NCBI GenBank assembly: GCA_951406725.2
Contig: OX597821.1
Span: 33,914,001-33,978,000 of the forward strand
Length of the DNA stretch: 64,000 bases
Reading direction: 5' to 3'
Source of the DNA: Octopus vulgaris
Taxonomy: Eukaryota
Shown: positions 62,889 to 64,000 of the stretch, piece by piece
How the letters are laid out: each line of letters starts with the position of its first letter
Numbering within the stretch: position 1 is the stretch's first letter
Program-made: the position numbers and the translations under genes
Notes under the pieces: generated by a model
The model's input: the letters and a program-made list of their open reading frames with translations, nothing else
Databases searched by the model: none
What the model was told of the DNA's origin: nothing

Positions 62889-64000
62889 TGTCGTTTAATG
62901 TCCGCTTTCCACGTTGGCATGGGTTGGACGGTTTGACTGAGGAGTGGCGAGCCAGTTGGCTGCACCAGGCTCCAATCTGATCTAGCAAAGTTTCTACAGC
63001 TGGATTCCCTTCTTAATGCCAACCACTCCGAGAGTGTGGTGGGTGCTTTTACGAGCTACTGGCACGAGGGCCAGTCAGGTGGTATTGGCAATGACCGTGC
63101 TCAAATGGGGTTTTTTACGTGCCACCTGCACAGGAGCCAGTAAGGCGACACTGGCAATGATCACCTTTGAATTGTTTTTTTTATGTGCCACTGGCATGGG
63201 AGCCAGACAGCGGCCTTGGCAACAGTCACACTCAGGTGGTGCTTTTAATGTTCCACTGGCACAGGTGTCAATCAGGCAGTACTGTCATCGAACACCTTAC
63301 CAATTTTGATTTCACTTGCTTCAACAGGTCTTCGCAAGCAAAGTTTATTGTCCAATGAATGAAGGATACTCATAAGTGGGCTAGTTATACACCACTGGCA
63401 TAGGTCATGGGTTATGGTCTCATTTGGCTTGCTGGGTCTTCTCAAGCACAGCGTATCTCCAAAGGTTTCAGTCACTAGTCATTGCCTTAGTGAGGCCCAA
63501 TGTTTGAAAGTTGTGCTTAACCACCTCATTCTTGGTCTTCCTGGGTCTACCTCTTCCACAGGTTCCCTCAACTGCTTGGGTGTGACACTTTTTCACATAG
63601 CTGTCCTCATCCATTTGCAACACATGGCCATACCAGTGCAGTCATCTCTTTTGCACTCTACCTCTGATGCTTAAGTCCAACTTTCCTCTCAGGGCTCTTA
63701 CACTCTGTCGTGTATGCACACTGACATTACACATCCAGCGGAGCATACTGGCCTCATTCCTTGCGACTATACAGGTGACTAGGCTATAGCCGACACTGCC
63801 AGATATTTTGAGCATCTCTGCGGTGATTCCTGATGGGCCGAGGGCTATCCCTGTGTTCATACCCTTAATTGCTTTATCTATCAAGGTATTGTCAATTCGG
63901 ATAGCTGGTCCCTCTGTTGGGTCAACATTCGGCAGACTCTCTCTCTCCCATTCATTCTCTTTATTTAGCAACCTTTCATAGCGGTGTCTCCAAACCTCTC
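62885..64000 (-). mobile_element. Older RTE copy with RT core deleted; runs off the window
   Basis: ESLPNVDPTEGPAIR..GSVGYSLVTCIV is joined directly to ARNEASMLRWMC. Confidence 0.88.

Overview
This is AT-rich, microsatellite-saturated animal DNA. The tRNA/CORE-like SINEs and the RTE LINE with (GAT)n tails suggest an octopus-like cephalopod; that assignment is an inference. No host protein-coding gene is supportable. The window holds layered transposable elements: a young 5'-truncated RTE LINE with a PHD-type finger inside its RT region, about 15 further RTE fragments, a CR1-type LINE, a Buster-type hAT fossil carrying four nested insertions, mariner fossils, a non-autonomous Helitron, many MITEs and several SINE families. 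It also contains a ~14 kb 31-bp satellite and a 33-bp minisatellite. The least expected signal is five short, mostly (TA)n-bounded elements that each carry a type I hammerhead-ribozyme-like fold, including a G3-C8 compensatory core variant. They resemble Penelope-like pseudo-LTRs or retrozymes. All folds, alignments and translations were done by eye and have not been verified computationally.
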